Of a stretch of 64,000 bases of DNA, positions 1 through 8,780 are shown piece after piece (within the stretch, counting starts at the first letter, position 1; every line of letters begins with the position of its first letter). Source of the stretch: an uncultured bacterium (lineage in GTDB: Bacteria > Hydrothermota > UBA3073 > NMUJ01 > CBEVQO01). The DNA lies in the NCBI GenBank assembly GCA_965552055.1, contig CBEVQO010000005.1, positions 13,373 through 77,372 of the forward strand. Direction: 5' to 3'. The position numbers were made by a program, and so were the translations under genes. The notes beneath the pieces were generated by a model. That model ran no database searches and had not been told where the DNA came from. It saw only the letters and a program-made list of their open reading frames with translations.

Positions 1-650
1 GAATGAGAAAGGGGCAAAAGATTAATTTCATCAATCACTCTGCCATATAGAGGAGCCTCTGGATTATGCACTTGTAAAAATTGATAAAGCAAACCAACTT
101 CAGAACCTGTCAGCACAACGCATAAATTTTTAAGATTATCATAGATGTATGCAAAAATTTTATCCATGCGATACTTAACAAAACGCCGTAGTTCCTGCGC
201 TTCGTCAAAAATCAATAAAAGGCGTGTAGCCTTTTTATTCGCAATGTCATTTAATTTTTCGAAAATATCGATGAAGTCGAGTTTTTTATCATCAAATTCT
301 ACAGAAATTCCATAAAAAGAAATTCCTTTCACTTTTTGCAAAATATCAATAAAAATTTTTCGCCAGCCTGCATTTCTCTTTATGAAGGTGTCTATTGAAT
401 TACAAAGTTCAAGTAAAAAACTCCTTTTGTCGATTAAGCCTTCAGATGGTAGCCTCCCGCAATCAAATACAATTCCTTTTAATTTATAAGAGTTTAAGGC
501 AGTAAGTAAAAGCGAAGTTTTACCAGTTCGCCTCAAACCTTTTATGATGAAAAGAGGAGAGGATAAAGCAAATTCCCTAAATTTTTTCAATTCATCTTCC
601 CTGTCAAAAAAATCTTTTCTATTTACCTTGGGTCTCGGGTCAAAATACAT
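1..650 (-). CDS. P-loop ATPase (archaeal-type AAA-like ATPase family), N-terminal 216 codons; gene continues past window start
   Basis: Minus-strand frame open from ATG at 648-650 (AGGGGG 4 nt upstream) to the window edge. Translation MYFDPRPKVNRKDFFDREDEL... has Walker A GLRRTGKTS and Walker B LLLIFDEAQ. Absent from the ORF track only because no stop lies inside the window. Confidence 0.6.
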   Translation of the reverse strand, partial: MYFDPRPKVNRKDFFDREDELKKFREFALSSPLFIIKGLRRTGKTSLLLTALNSYKLKGIVFDCGRLPSEGLIDKRSFLLELCNSIDTFIKRNAGWRKIFIDILQKVKGISFYGISVEFDDKKLDFIDIFEKLNDIANKKATRLLLIFDEAQELRRFVKYRMDKIFAYIYDNLKNLCVVLTGSEVGLLYQFLQVHNPEAPLYGRVIDEINLLPLSH

Positions 651-703
651 ACTACCCCCTGGTAGTTACTACCACCTGATAGTATATTCGAAATGTCATT
701 ATG

Positions 704-1051
704 TCAATAAATTTTAAACAAATGGGATTTACATCTACAATCAGATGAGCCAAAGTTTTCAACACAATCAAAATATTTTGCCAGATTTTGGGCAATTTTA
801 CATTCGAAAGATTTTTCATTTGTCTCAATACAAAAAGCACAGATAGGAACTGCTTTTCTCAAAAGGTAATCGATATGCCAGTGCAATTTCTTATCCCGTG
901 AAAAATGCCTTTTAATACGAGGAAATAAACCCTGTAATGCCGACCCCACATATACATAAAAACCTTTTTCAAAAAAGATTTCACCAAGTTTCCCTATTTT
1001 TATCCTCTGAGAGACAGGAAGCCAGATTAAAAGAGCATAAACGCCTTTTAT
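704..1051 (-). CDS. GIY-YIG nuclease-superfamily protein (DUF123-like); N-terminal boundary unresolved
   Basis: ORF-track entry 704..949 starts at GTG, but the same frame is open upstream to a stop at 1085-1087 and encodes ...KGVYALLIWLPVSQRIKIGKLGEIFFEKGFYVYVGSA... (GIY- and YIG-like strands). This is followed by HWHIDYL and a C-terminal Cys cluster (CVENFGSSDCRCKSH). No ATG/GTG/TTG lies upstream of the GVY motif. Confidence 0.45.
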   Translation of the reverse strand: MKGVYALLIWLPVSQRIKIGKLGEIFFEKGFYVYVGSALQGLFPRIKRHFSRDKKLHWHIDYLLRKAVPICAFCIETNEKSFECKIAQNLAKYFDCVENFGSSDCRCKSHLFKIY

Positions 1052-2364
1052 TTTTTCTCCTTTTTCCTCTTCATTATCACCGATTTACCGTATTTGAAAA
1101 GGTGTACAAGAGGACGATGGGCAGGACACTGGAAAGCACAGCATCCACATTCAATGCAGTCAAGCAAGCCCCATTCTTCTGCTTCATCAAATTTGCCTTT
1201 CTCAACAAAGTCAGCAATATAAACAGGAGTAAGATGCATCGGACAAACTTCAAGACAACATCCACATCTTATACAATTGGTTTCATGTGGTAGATATACA
1301 TTTTGAATACTTTGAACAAGAATACCAGATGTGCCTTTCACTACGGGTACTTCATCCGATGCCTGAGCTATACCCATCATGGGACCGCCCATTATCACTT
1401 TGCCCGGTGTGTCTATGTATCCTTCACAAAAATCAATCAAGTCTTTAAACAAAGTGCCAATTCTACAAATTAAATTTTTGGGATTTATAACATCACCTGT
1501 TACTGTGATAGCACGCTCGACAAGTGGCTTTCCATATTTGCATGCTTCATAAATCGCAATGCATGTGCCTACATTTTGCACATAACAGCCGATGTGAAAG
1601 GGAAGACCACCAGATGGCACCTCACGCCCAGTTATCGCTTTAATGAGCTGTTTTTCCGCACCCTGGGGATATTTTGTTTTCAAAACTTTTATTTCAAAGC
1701 CATCGTCTTCTTTCAATTCGTTTTCCATCACTTTTATTGCTTCTGGTTTATTATCTTCAATTGCTATGTAGCCTTTTTTTGCATTGAGAGCACGCATTAT
1801 GAGTTTGCCACCTTCGATGATTTCTCTTGGACGCTCAAGCATCAATCTGTAATCACAGGTAAGATAAGGCTCGCATTCACATCCATTTAAGATTACGATT
1901 TCAACGGGATATTCAGGTGGGGGAGAGAGTTTCACATGGGTGGGAAATGCAGCACCACCGAGACCAACGATACCTGCTTCTTTAACTGCCTCAACAATAT
2001 CTTTTGGCGAAAGTTTATCCGTATCTCTCTCTGTGAGGGAAATCCATTCATCTTTTTCATCGCTTTCGATTATGCACGATAAAACTTCCCGGCCAAGTAC
2101 GGGATGGGGATAGGGGGCAACATCTATCACTTTGCCAGATATTGTAGCGTGAATGTTAGCAGAGATAAATCCTTGCAGTTCACCTATTTTTTGACCTGTT
2201 TTAACTACATCGCCTTTTTTCACGAGTGGTTTGGCAGGTGCACCTGTATGCTGTGAGAATGGTATTACAACTTTCTTTGGCAGGGGTGCTTTCTCCAGTT
2301 TGCTGTCTTTTGTAATTTTACATTCTGGTGGATGGACACCTCCTTTAAATGATAGTTTACCCAT
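1048..2364 (-). CDS. RnfC-family FeS flavoprotein (SLBB / NADH-binding / two 4Fe-4S motifs), not in an rnf operon
   Basis: N-terminus MGKLSFKGGVHPPE and the block GAAFPTHVKL...ILNGCECEPYLTCDYRLM are RnfC-like. Two ferredoxin motifs CIRCGCCLEVCP and CIECGCCAFQCP. ORF track starts at GTG 2370; the ATG at 2362-2364 with GAGG 5 nt upstream is the more likely start. Confidence 0.7.
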   Translation of the reverse strand: MGKLSFKGGVHPPECKITKDSKLEKAPLPKKVVIPFSQHTGAPAKPLVKKGDVVKTGQKIGELQGFISANIHATISGKVIDVAPYPHPVLGREVLSCIIESDEKDEWISLTERDTDKLSPKDIVEAVKEAGIVGLGGAAFPTHVKLSPPPEYPVEIVILNGCECEPYLTCDYRLMLERPREIIEGGKLIMRALNAKKGYIAIEDNKPEAIKVMENELKEDDGFEIKVLKTKYPQGAEKQLIKAITGREVPSGGLPFHIGCYVQNVGTCIAIYEACKYGKPLVERAITVTGDVINPKNLICRIGTLFKDLIDFCEGYIDTPGKVIMGGPMMGIAQASDEVPVVKGTSGILVQSIQNVYLPHETNCIRCGCCLEVCPMHLTPVYIADFVEKGKFDEAEEWGLLDCIECGCCAFQCPAHRPLVHLFKYGKSVIMKRKKEKK

Positions 2365-2384
2365 CATCACCTCACATTTCTATA

Positions 2385-2411
2385 AACTTAATCAATATAC
2401 AGGTATGTCAA
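2385..2411 (-). promoter_or_regulatory. sigma70-like promoter (TTGACA-N15-TAAGTT) for the RnfC/GIY-YIG/ATPase genes
   Basis: Minus-strand TTGACA at 2411-2406 and TAAGTT at 2390-2385. Same ~45-nt block as the promoter upstream of the response-regulator gene at 11189-11215. Confidence 0.45.
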
Positions 2412-2413
2412 CA

Positions 2414-2521
2414 ATTTTTAGCCCCGCCTCCCTATCCCCACCGCCCTCGTGCACACCCCTCCTTTCAGTCGGGGTGTTGACTCACAACCCGTATGTAATA
2501 AGCTCGGCTACGCCTCGCATT
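2414..2521 (-). repeat. Intergenic GC/G-tract-rich repeat, copy 1
   Basis: Plus-strand text atttttagccccgcctccctatccccaccgccctcgtgcacacccctcctttcagtcggggtgttgactcacaacccgtatgtaataagctcggctacgcctcgca. Shares blocks with copies at ~11218-11296, ~15680-15846 and (reverse complement) ~24161-24266. Contains inverted repeat ACACCCC/GGGGTGT (2453-2459 / 2471-2477). Confidence 0.5.
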
Positions 2522-2539
2522 AAAAATTTTAAAGCCGCT

Positions 2540-3196
2540 CTAATATTCACCTTTGTGGTGTTTTATGACTTTGCCTTCTACCATAAATATCACATCTTCA
2601 CAGATGTTTGTAGATAAATCTCCTATGCGCTCTAATGCATGAGAAATTCTCAACAAATGCAGTGAGCGCTCGATGGTAGATGGGTCCGAACACATATAAG
2701 TAATTAGCTCTCTTAAAATCTGCTCACCTAAATTATCAACAATTTCATCACTCTGGCACACTATCCTGGCCTTCTCTGTATCTTCGTTTATAAAAGAATC
2801 TATGGCTTTCTTTAACATATTTGTGGCTTCTTCAGCCATCCTTGGAATATCAATTAATGGTTTGACAGGCGGTCTTTCTATCAAAAACATGGCACTTTGT
2901 GATATATTTACTGCTAAATCGCCGATCCTCTCTAAATCGTTATTCATTTTTAAAATCATAAGAATAGTTCTTAAATTTTTTGCCTCTGGCTGATACAGGG
3001 CGATTAAATTTGTGCATAATTCATCTAATTCTATCTCAAATTCATTCATCTTTGGTTCATATTCTTCTATTACTTCTTTTAAAATTTCTTTCCTTTTTTC
3101 AATAAGTCCTTTGATTGACTTTCTAACCATATCTTCAGCCAGTCCTGCCATCTCAATTAATTTCTTTTTTAATATATTGATTTTTTCTGCAAGCAT
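2540..3196 (-). CDS. phoU: Phosphate transport system regulator PhoU
   Basis: 218 aa with two repeated halves, each carrying LERIGD (LERIGDLAVNI, LERIGDLSTNI). Sits directly downstream of pstB. Confidence 0.85.
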   Translation of the reverse strand: MLAEKINILKKKLIEMAGLAEDMVRKSIKGLIEKRKEILKEVIEEYEPKMNEFEIELDELCTNLIALYQPEAKNLRTILMILKMNNDLERIGDLAVNISQSAMFLIERPPVKPLIDIPRMAEEATNMLKKAIDSFINEDTEKARIVCQSDEIVDNLGEQILRELITYMCSDPSTIERSLHLLRISHALERIGDLSTNICEDVIFMVEGKVIKHHKGEY

Positions 3197-3205
3197 ATCA
3201 CCTCC

Positions 3206-3961
3206 TTATCCAAATTTACCCATTAGATAATCTTCTGTACGCTTATCCCTGGGTCTTGTAAATACTTCTTCAGTTGGACCATATTCTATAAACTCTCCAT
3301 GCATAAGAAATGCTACATAGTCAGATACTCTTGCTGCTTGTTGAATATTGTGAGTTACGATAATTATTGTATATTTATTTTTCAAGTTTTCAAGTAATTC
3401 TTCGAGTTTCGCAGTAGCTATTGGGTCTAAAGCAGATGCAGGTTCATCAAGTAGTATTATTTCGGGCTCAACAGCCAGTGCCCTTGCTATACAAAGTCGT
3501 TGCTGCTGACCACCTGAAAGTGCGAGTGCAGAAGTATGTAATCTATCTTTAACTTCATCGAAAAGATTAGCATCTATCAGTGCCTTCTCAACCCTTTCCT
3601 GTAATTCTCTTTTATTTTTAACTCCATGAATTTTTAGTCCATATGCCACATTCTCAAATATTGATTTGGGTAAAGGATTGGGCTTCTGGAATACCATGCC
3701 TACTCGTTTGCGAAGCTCATACACATCGATGTCATCAGAATATATATCTTTGCCGTCAATAAGAATTTGTCCCTCTACTCTTGCATCATCAATTAAATCT
3801 ATCATTCGGTTGATGCATCTTAGAAAAGTAGATTTACCACAGCCAGATGGTCCCATTATCGCAGTTATCTTATTTTCCTTTATAGATATGTTATTATTAA
3901 CCAAAACATGTTTATCCCCGTACCATACATTTAAATTCTTAACGATTATTTTGTCTACCAT
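3206..3961 (-). CDS. pstB: Phosphate ABC transporter ATP-binding protein PstB
   Basis: Walker [13 protein letters not shown] signature [15 protein letters not shown], Walker [13 protein letters not shown]. Position within pstSCAB order. Confidence 0.9.
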   Translation of the reverse strand: MVDKIIVKNLNVWYGDKHVLVNNNISIKENKITAIMGPSGCGKSTFLRCINRMIDLIDDARVEGQILIDGKDIYSDDIDVYELRKRVGMVFQKPNPLPKSIFENVAYGLKIHGVKNKRELQERVEKALIDANLFDEVKDRLHTSALALSGGQQQRLCIARALAVEPEIILLDEPASALDPIATAKLEELLENLKNKYTIIIVTHNIQQAARVSDYVAFLMHGEFIEYGPTEEVFTRPRDKRTEDYLMGKFG

Positions 3962-4800
3962 TTCTTTCTTCTTCTTTTTATTCTTATTAGTATAGCTGTT
4001 AAGTTTATTCCCACAACGAGTATAAGGAGCACAAGAGCAGTTCCGTAAGCGATAGGCACCTGCAAATCGGGTTTCGTTCCTTCTGTCATCAATGCATAAA
4101 TATGGTAGGGTAATGCCATTACTTCATCGAATATTGACCTTGGTAATCTTCTTGTATAAAAAGTAGCGGCTGTGAATAAAATAGGTGCTGTTTCACCTGC
4201 TGCTCGCCCTATCCCGAGTATAACACCTGTTAATATACCGGGCATAGCATTGGGAAGGACAACATGGGTTATCGTTTGCCATTTTGTCGCACCCAGTGCA
4301 TAAGATGCCTCCATGAATGTTTGAGGCACAGTAAGAATAGCCTCTTCACTTGCTCTTATTATCGTGGGTAATATAAGCATCCCTAATGTCAGTGCTCCTG
4401 CAAGGATTGATACTCCAAATTTAAACAATTTTACAAAAACCGCAAGTCCAAAAAGCCCAAATACAACAGAAGGCGTACCGGCGAGTGTATTTATGCCTAT
4501 TCTTATAATTCTTGTTAGTTTAGATGATTTCGCGTATTCGGTTAGATAAACGGCACTCAAAACCCCTAAGGGTAAGGCAAAAAGTATCGCACCTACAGAA
4601 AGATAAAGTGTACCAATAATAGCAGGGAAAATGCCTCCTTTTGTCATGCCTTCTCTCGGGAAGTCAAAAATAAAATTTAAACTCAAAACTTTAAATCCAC
4701 GAATAAAGATAAAAAAGAGTATTATAAAAAGAGAAAGAACCGCTATCAAGCATGCAAACCTGCACATCAAAAAACCTATATTTTGTTTAAATCTTCTCAT
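3955..4800 (-). CDS. pstA: Phosphate ABC transporter permease PstA
   Basis: Multi-pass permease with ABC transmembrane-domain signature region; sits between pstC and pstB. Confidence 0.8.
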   Translation of the reverse strand: MRRFKQNIGFLMCRFACLIAVLSLFIILFFIFIRGFKVLSLNFIFDFPREGMTKGGIFPAIIGTLYLSVGAILFALPLGVLSAVYLTEYAKSSKLTRIIRIGINTLAGTPSVVFGLFGLAVFVKLFKFGVSILAGALTLGMLILPTIIRASEEAILTVPQTFMEASYALGATKWQTITHVVLPNAMPGILTGVILGIGRAAGETAPILFTAATFYTRRLPRSIFDEVMALPYHIYALMTEGTKPDLQVPIAYGTALVLLILVVGINLTAILIRIKRRRKKW

Positions 4801-5656
4801 AACCTTTTTCTTTTATGTAATTTGCCAAAATATTTAATCCCAGAGTTATTAAAAACAGTATTATGCTGATAGCGAATAGTGCGTGATAATGGGGACTTCC
4901 TACGGGTGCTTCTCCCATTTCTGCTGCAATAGTCGCTGTCATAGGTCTAACGGGTTGTAAGAATGAATGCGGGATGACCGCTGCACCTCCTGCAACCATA
5001 AGCACAGTCATTGTCTCACCTATTGCCCTGCCAAGACCCAGAATAATGGCTCCTAAAATTCCTGATTTCGCAGAGGGTATGATTGCTCGCGTTAGCGTCT
5101 CCCATTTGGTTGCTCCCAATGCATATGATGCCTCTTTTATTTCTTTTGGAACAGATGCTATAGCATCTTCTGCTATGCTGGTAATCGTTGGTAGTGCCAT
5201 AATTCCAAGAAGACAAGACGCAGTAAAGGCGTTCAATCCCACAGGTATTTTAAAAAGCTTTTGTACAAATGGTGCAAAAACTACCATACCAAAGAAACCG
5301 TATATTACAGAAGGTATGCCCGCAAGAAGTTCTATCATCGGCTTTATAATTTCTCTAATTTTTGGATGACTCAATTCAGATATATATATTGCCGTGCCTA
5401 TTCCAAGTGGAACGGCTACCATCATTGCACCAAAAGTAACAATAAGTGAAGCCAGAATGAGTGGTAATATGCCGAACTCAGGTGGCTCATGGGTAGGATA
5501 CCAGAACTTACCGAAAATGAATTTTACAGGATTTACTATTTTAAAAATTGGGAGTCCTTCTTTGAACAAAGAAATAGCAATTCCAAATAGAAAGATAATT
5601 GATAAAGAGGCACAGAAGCGAAGCATATATTCGATGAATTTTTCCTTCTTCAACAT
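4787..5656 (-). CDS. pstC: Phosphate ABC transporter permease PstC
   Basis: Multi-pass permease following pstS. ORF track begins at 5713, overlapping pstS by 44 nt; the internal ATG at 5654-5656 (MLKKEKF...) avoids the overlap and has a weak AAGAG upstream. Confidence 0.75.
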   Translation of the reverse strand: MLKKEKFIEYMLRFCASLSIIFLFGIAISLFKEGLPIFKIVNPVKFIFGKFWYPTHEPPEFGILPLILASLIVTFGAMMVAVPLGIGTAIYISELSHPKIREIIKPMIELLAGIPSVIYGFFGMVVFAPFVQKLFKIPVGLNAFTASCLLGIMALPTITSIAEDAIASVPKEIKEASYALGATKWETLTRAIIPSAKSGILGAIILGLGRAIGETMTVLMVAGGAAVIPHSFLQPVRPMTATIAAEMGEAPVGSPHYHALFAISIILFLITLGLNILANYIKEKGYEKI

Positions 5657-5669
5657 TTTATCACTCTTA

Positions 5670-6506
5670 TCATTCATCTGTCGGCTTAACAGGAACAAAT
5701 CCAGCTTCTTCAACTATCTTTTGTCCTTCTGGGTTCAGAACGAAATCAATAAACTCCTTCGCTAAGCCCTTTGGTTTTCCGTCCGTATAAAAATAAAGCG
5801 GTCTTGAGAGTTTGTATTCCCCTGATGCTACTGTCTTTTTAGTAGGCTTTACTCCATCAACTGTGAGTGCTTTAACTTTTGATGAAACATATCCGAGTCC
5901 CACATATCCTATAGCGCCAGGTGTCTTTTCCACAGTTGTAGCAACTGCCTTATTTGATGCTAGCATAAGCGCATCTGCTCTCGTCTTTGCACCTTTTAAA
6001 ACCAGTTTTTTAAAAACTTCAAATGTGCCTGATGCTACATCTCTCGATATCACCACAATTCTGCCGGATTTACCGCCTACATCTTTCCAGTTGCTTATCT
6101 TACCGGTATAAATATCTCTTAATTGTGCCATAGTTATTTCTGACAGCGGGTTAGATGGATGCACGATAATAGCTATACCATCGCGTGCAATTACAGTAGC
6201 TACGGGATTTATACCTTTACTCCTTGCGGATTTAAGTTCTTTTGTTTTCATTGGTCTTGATGCCATAGCAATATCGCATGTTCCGTCAATAAGAGCAGCA
6301 ATACCAACACCAGAGCCACCTCCTCTTACACTTATATCCACATCAGGATGCTGTTCCATGAATTTTTCAGCGCATAATTGAGCGATTGGAAGTACTGTCG
6401 TTGAGCCAGTCAGCGTGAGAGTTTTTTTAGCGAATGCTGTCTCATACATGAGCACCTGTGCAGATATTACACCTGCACATACTATATTTTTGACCCATCC
6501 CTTCAT
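5670..6506 (-). CDS. pstS: Phosphate-binding protein PstS (periplasmic substrate-binding)
   Basis: Signal peptide, then TLTLTGSTTVLPIAQ...VRGGGSGVGIAALIDGTCDIAMASRPMK typical of PstS-family binding proteins. First gene of the pstSCAB block. Confidence 0.8.
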   Translation of the reverse strand: MKGWVKNIVCAGVISAQVLMYETAFAKKTLTLTGSTTVLPIAQLCAEKFMEQHPDVDISVRGGGSGVGIAALIDGTCDIAMASRPMKTKELKSARSKGINPVATVIARDGIAIIVHPSNPLSEITMAQLRDIYTGKISNWKDVGGKSGRIVVISRDVASGTFEVFKKLVLKGAKTRADALMLASNKAVATTVEKTPGAIGYVGLGYVSSKVKALTVDGVKPTKKTVASGEYKLSRPLYFYTDGKPKGLAKEFIDFVLNPEGQKIVEEAGFVPVKPTDE

Positions 6507-6518
6507 GCTACACCTCCC

Positions 6519-7526
6519 TTAAAAAGGATTTGTCGCAAATTCCCATCTTAATTGCATTAGAAATTCATTCTCAGCATCTTTATTCTGGTTTTCATATTGC
6601 TTTCGTTCGTAATTTACCTGTAGCATCACACCTGGTTTACCTTTTTTACGCCTAACAATGTAATAGTTAAAACCGCATATCATTCTGTAGTGCGCATCTT
6701 TTTCTTTATCAATATTTTCATCCCAGTAATCAACTCTGCCTACTAACTCAAGATTAGGGTTGAGTTTTAAAACCGGCATTATCATAGCACCTAATCCGGT
6801 AATTTCGGGTTTGCCCGTTTTTGTAAAAACGAGTTCACCCCAGCAATCAATCGGTCTGCGTGCAACTCTACAAACACCAGCCATTAAAAATCTTTTTGAT
6901 GCTTCTTTTTTCTCATAAAGGAGAGACCCACCGATAGTTAACCCGGGTATGGGTATAAATCTAACATTACCAACAAATGCAGGATACTTATCAACATTAC
7001 TTTTGCATTTCTTATAACCTTCTCCGTTATAGATTCCGAGTTGCCACTCTCCCATTCCTTTCGGAATATCCGCATTGAAAGTTACGCCGTAGTCAGCACT
7101 TGATACTAACTTCTCTTTATCTTCGAATGATTTTTCAATGGTTACATATTTCCAGTCATAAATAGTTCCCCAGTAAGTTTTCTGTAATCCTGCTGTAATC
7201 TTACCATAAGGGATGATACTCTTAAAATCGAGATACCCGTATTTAAGTTTGATACCAGCTCCATGTGGGTCTTTATCGCTTGAGAATATATCGACATTTA
7301 TTCTACATTTGATTTTATCGGTGAATGCATGTTCCCATCGCAAGTAGCATCTCTCCAGTGCAAAATAACTTTCATCCAGTCCTGTAGTTTCGCCTGCCTC
7401 TCTGGCTGTATATCTGAACCATGTATATGCTTTGAACTGAGATTCCCCCGGTATCAGCCCAGCGTACGAGCAATATGCATAAATCGTCCCCAAAAGCATC
7501 AGCACTTTTATAAATTTACACATCAC
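6519..7526 (-). CDS. Outer-membrane beta-barrel protein, putative phosphate-selective porin (OprO/P-like)
   Basis: Signal peptide MMCKFIKVLMLLGTIYAYCSYA, aromatic-rich alternating pattern, C-terminal Phe (..ATNPF). Lies immediately upstream of pstS in the same operon. Porin specificity is inferred from context only. Confidence 0.45.
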   Translation of the reverse strand: MMCKFIKVLMLLGTIYAYCSYAGLIPGESQFKAYTWFRYTAREAGETTGLDESYFALERCYLRWEHAFTDKIKCRINVDIFSSDKDPHGAGIKLKYGYLDFKSIIPYGKITAGLQKTYWGTIYDWKYVTIEKSFEDKEKLVSSADYGVTFNADIPKGMGEWQLGIYNGEGYKKCKSNVDKYPAFVGNVRFIPIPGLTIGGSLLYEKKEASKRFLMAGVCRVARRPIDCWGELVFTKTGKPEITGLGAMIMPVLKLNPNLELVGRVDYWDENIDKEKDAHYRMICGFNYYIVRRKKGKPGVMLQVNYERKQYENQNKDAENEFLMQLRWEFATNPF

Positions 7527-8026
7527 ACCTCCTTTTTGCTTTTCATATTAATCCTCATCTTCCTTATAAGCAGTTGCCTAATTTGTCTCACTTTCTCTCT
7601 CCGAATACCTAACTCCTCAGCTATCTGTGATAAAGTTTTTCCCTCTTGAAAATGCAATTCAAATATTTTTTGCTCAAGTTGAGATAAGTTTTTAGCAATA
7701 GAAGATATATCTAAATTCATTCCTCTATAATCTTCATTCCTGTTATTATCTTCTAAAATTTCTTCATTTAATTCTAAAAGTCTCATGGTTTGTATTTTTT
7801 CTCTCCTGACTGCTTCCACAATTTTTTTCTTTATCCAGTAAAATGCATAAGTTGAAAATTTTGAGCCATTGGATGGTTCAAATCTTTTTTCTGCTTCAAG
7901 TAGTCCCAGAAATCCTTCCTGTATTAAATCCTCGAGTGGCACACCATTTCCTTTGTATTTAGTAGCAATTGATTTTATCATAGGTAAATAATCCATGCAC
8001 AATTTTGTAAGTCTATCGCTTTTCAT
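7523..8026 (-). CDS. Small sigma-70-family sigma factor (ECF-like) embedded in the phosphate cluster
   Basis: Region 2-like DLIQEGFLGLLEAEKRFEPSNGSKFSTYAFYWIKKKI and region 4 HTH-like LSQIAEELGIRREKVRQIRQ. 167 aa. 4-nt overlap with the porin gene. Confidence 0.6.
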   Translation of the reverse strand: MKSDRLTKLCMDYLPMIKSIATKYKGNGVPLEDLIQEGFLGLLEAEKRFEPSNGSKFSTYAFYWIKKKIVEAVRREKIQTMRLLELNEEILEDNNRNEDYRGMNLDISSIAKNLSQLEQKIFELHFQEGKTLSQIAEELGIRREKVRQIRQLLIRKMRINMKSKKEV

Positions 8027-8741
8027 TTGTTTTCCTCATTAAGTAAATTGCAACATTTTCATTTTTTCTTATAGCATCTTTTATTGCTTCGATATTCTTT
8101 TCTGCTTTTATTAATGTCTTCCACGAATAAAGGTGCCAAGGTTCATGGAAATCAGAATTTGCAATATAATTGTATTTCTTTACTCCAATTGAATTAAACA
8201 AATCATCGCGATTGGCAACTTCCCAGGCATCAAACATTTCTTTGAATTTTTCCTGATTCTCCCATAAATACCATGATAGATGTTCTTTATCTTCTTTTTT
8301 CCTGTCCGGATGAGCAGCAATAACAATGGCATTTTGCTCTTTTACTTCTTTAATAATCTCTTCCACAGGTAAAGATGGTTCAACATATTCTTTTATATCT
8401 ATGGCAAGAATGTGATATAAATCACGATTATTGGTGATTTCTACTCCCGGAATTAACAGCATGTTGTATTCTTTCCATGCTCTTTTTGCTTCTTTCCATA
8501 ATGTTTTTAAATAATCCTTAAAATTTTCTTTTGTTATCGCATTTATTTGTTCTCCTTTCCTTATACGCTCTTCAAGGGTATACTTATCTAAAATATGGTC
8601 AGTTATTGAAATAACATCAAAACCATGTTTCCCGAATAGATCAACAACTTCTCTAAGTGGTAGTTTGCCGTCGCTAAATTTTGTGTGAATATGGAAATCG
8701 CAAAGCAACCAGTTCATCTCACTCACATAATTTATACACAA
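8013..8741 (-). CDS. PHP-domain metal-dependent phosphoesterase
   Basis: N-terminal CDFHIHTKFSDG (HxH metal motif), further His/Asp positions (ITDH, AAHPD, SDFHEP). Probable start at the internal Met MNWLLCDF. Confidence 0.6.
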   Translation of the reverse strand: MCINYVSEMNWLLCDFHIHTKFSDGKLPLREVVDLFGKHGFDVISITDHILDKYTLEERIRKGEQINAITKENFKDYLKTLWKEAKRAWKEYNMLLIPGVEITNNRDLYHILAIDIKEYVEPSLPVEEIIKEVKEQNAIVIAAHPDRKKEDKEHLSWYLWENQEKFKEMFDAWEVANRDDLFNSIGVKKYNYIANSDFHEPWHLYSWKTLIKAEKNIEAIKDAIRKNENVAIYLMRKTNEKR

Positions 8742-8780
8742 TAATTGTTAAGTGAGTATAAAGGAAATGTTAATTTTTGG

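Noticed and set aside
937-1293. Plus-strand ORF 937..1293 (118 aa) and other antisense ORFs overlapping annotated genes (for example 5394..5765, 9508..9921, 33814..34107, 50045..50482)
   Set aside because: They lie antisense to, or in alternative frames of, genes with clear family signatures. They are low-complexity with no motifs; 937..1293 overlaps the conserved N-terminal region of the GIY-YIG gene on the opposite strand.
2372-2416. Pho box within the shared promoter block
   Set aside because: Neither E. coli-type CTGTCAT direct repeats nor Bacillus-type TT(A/T/C)ACA repeats with ~5-nt spacing could be aligned convincingly. Co-regulation is suggested only by the identity of the block.
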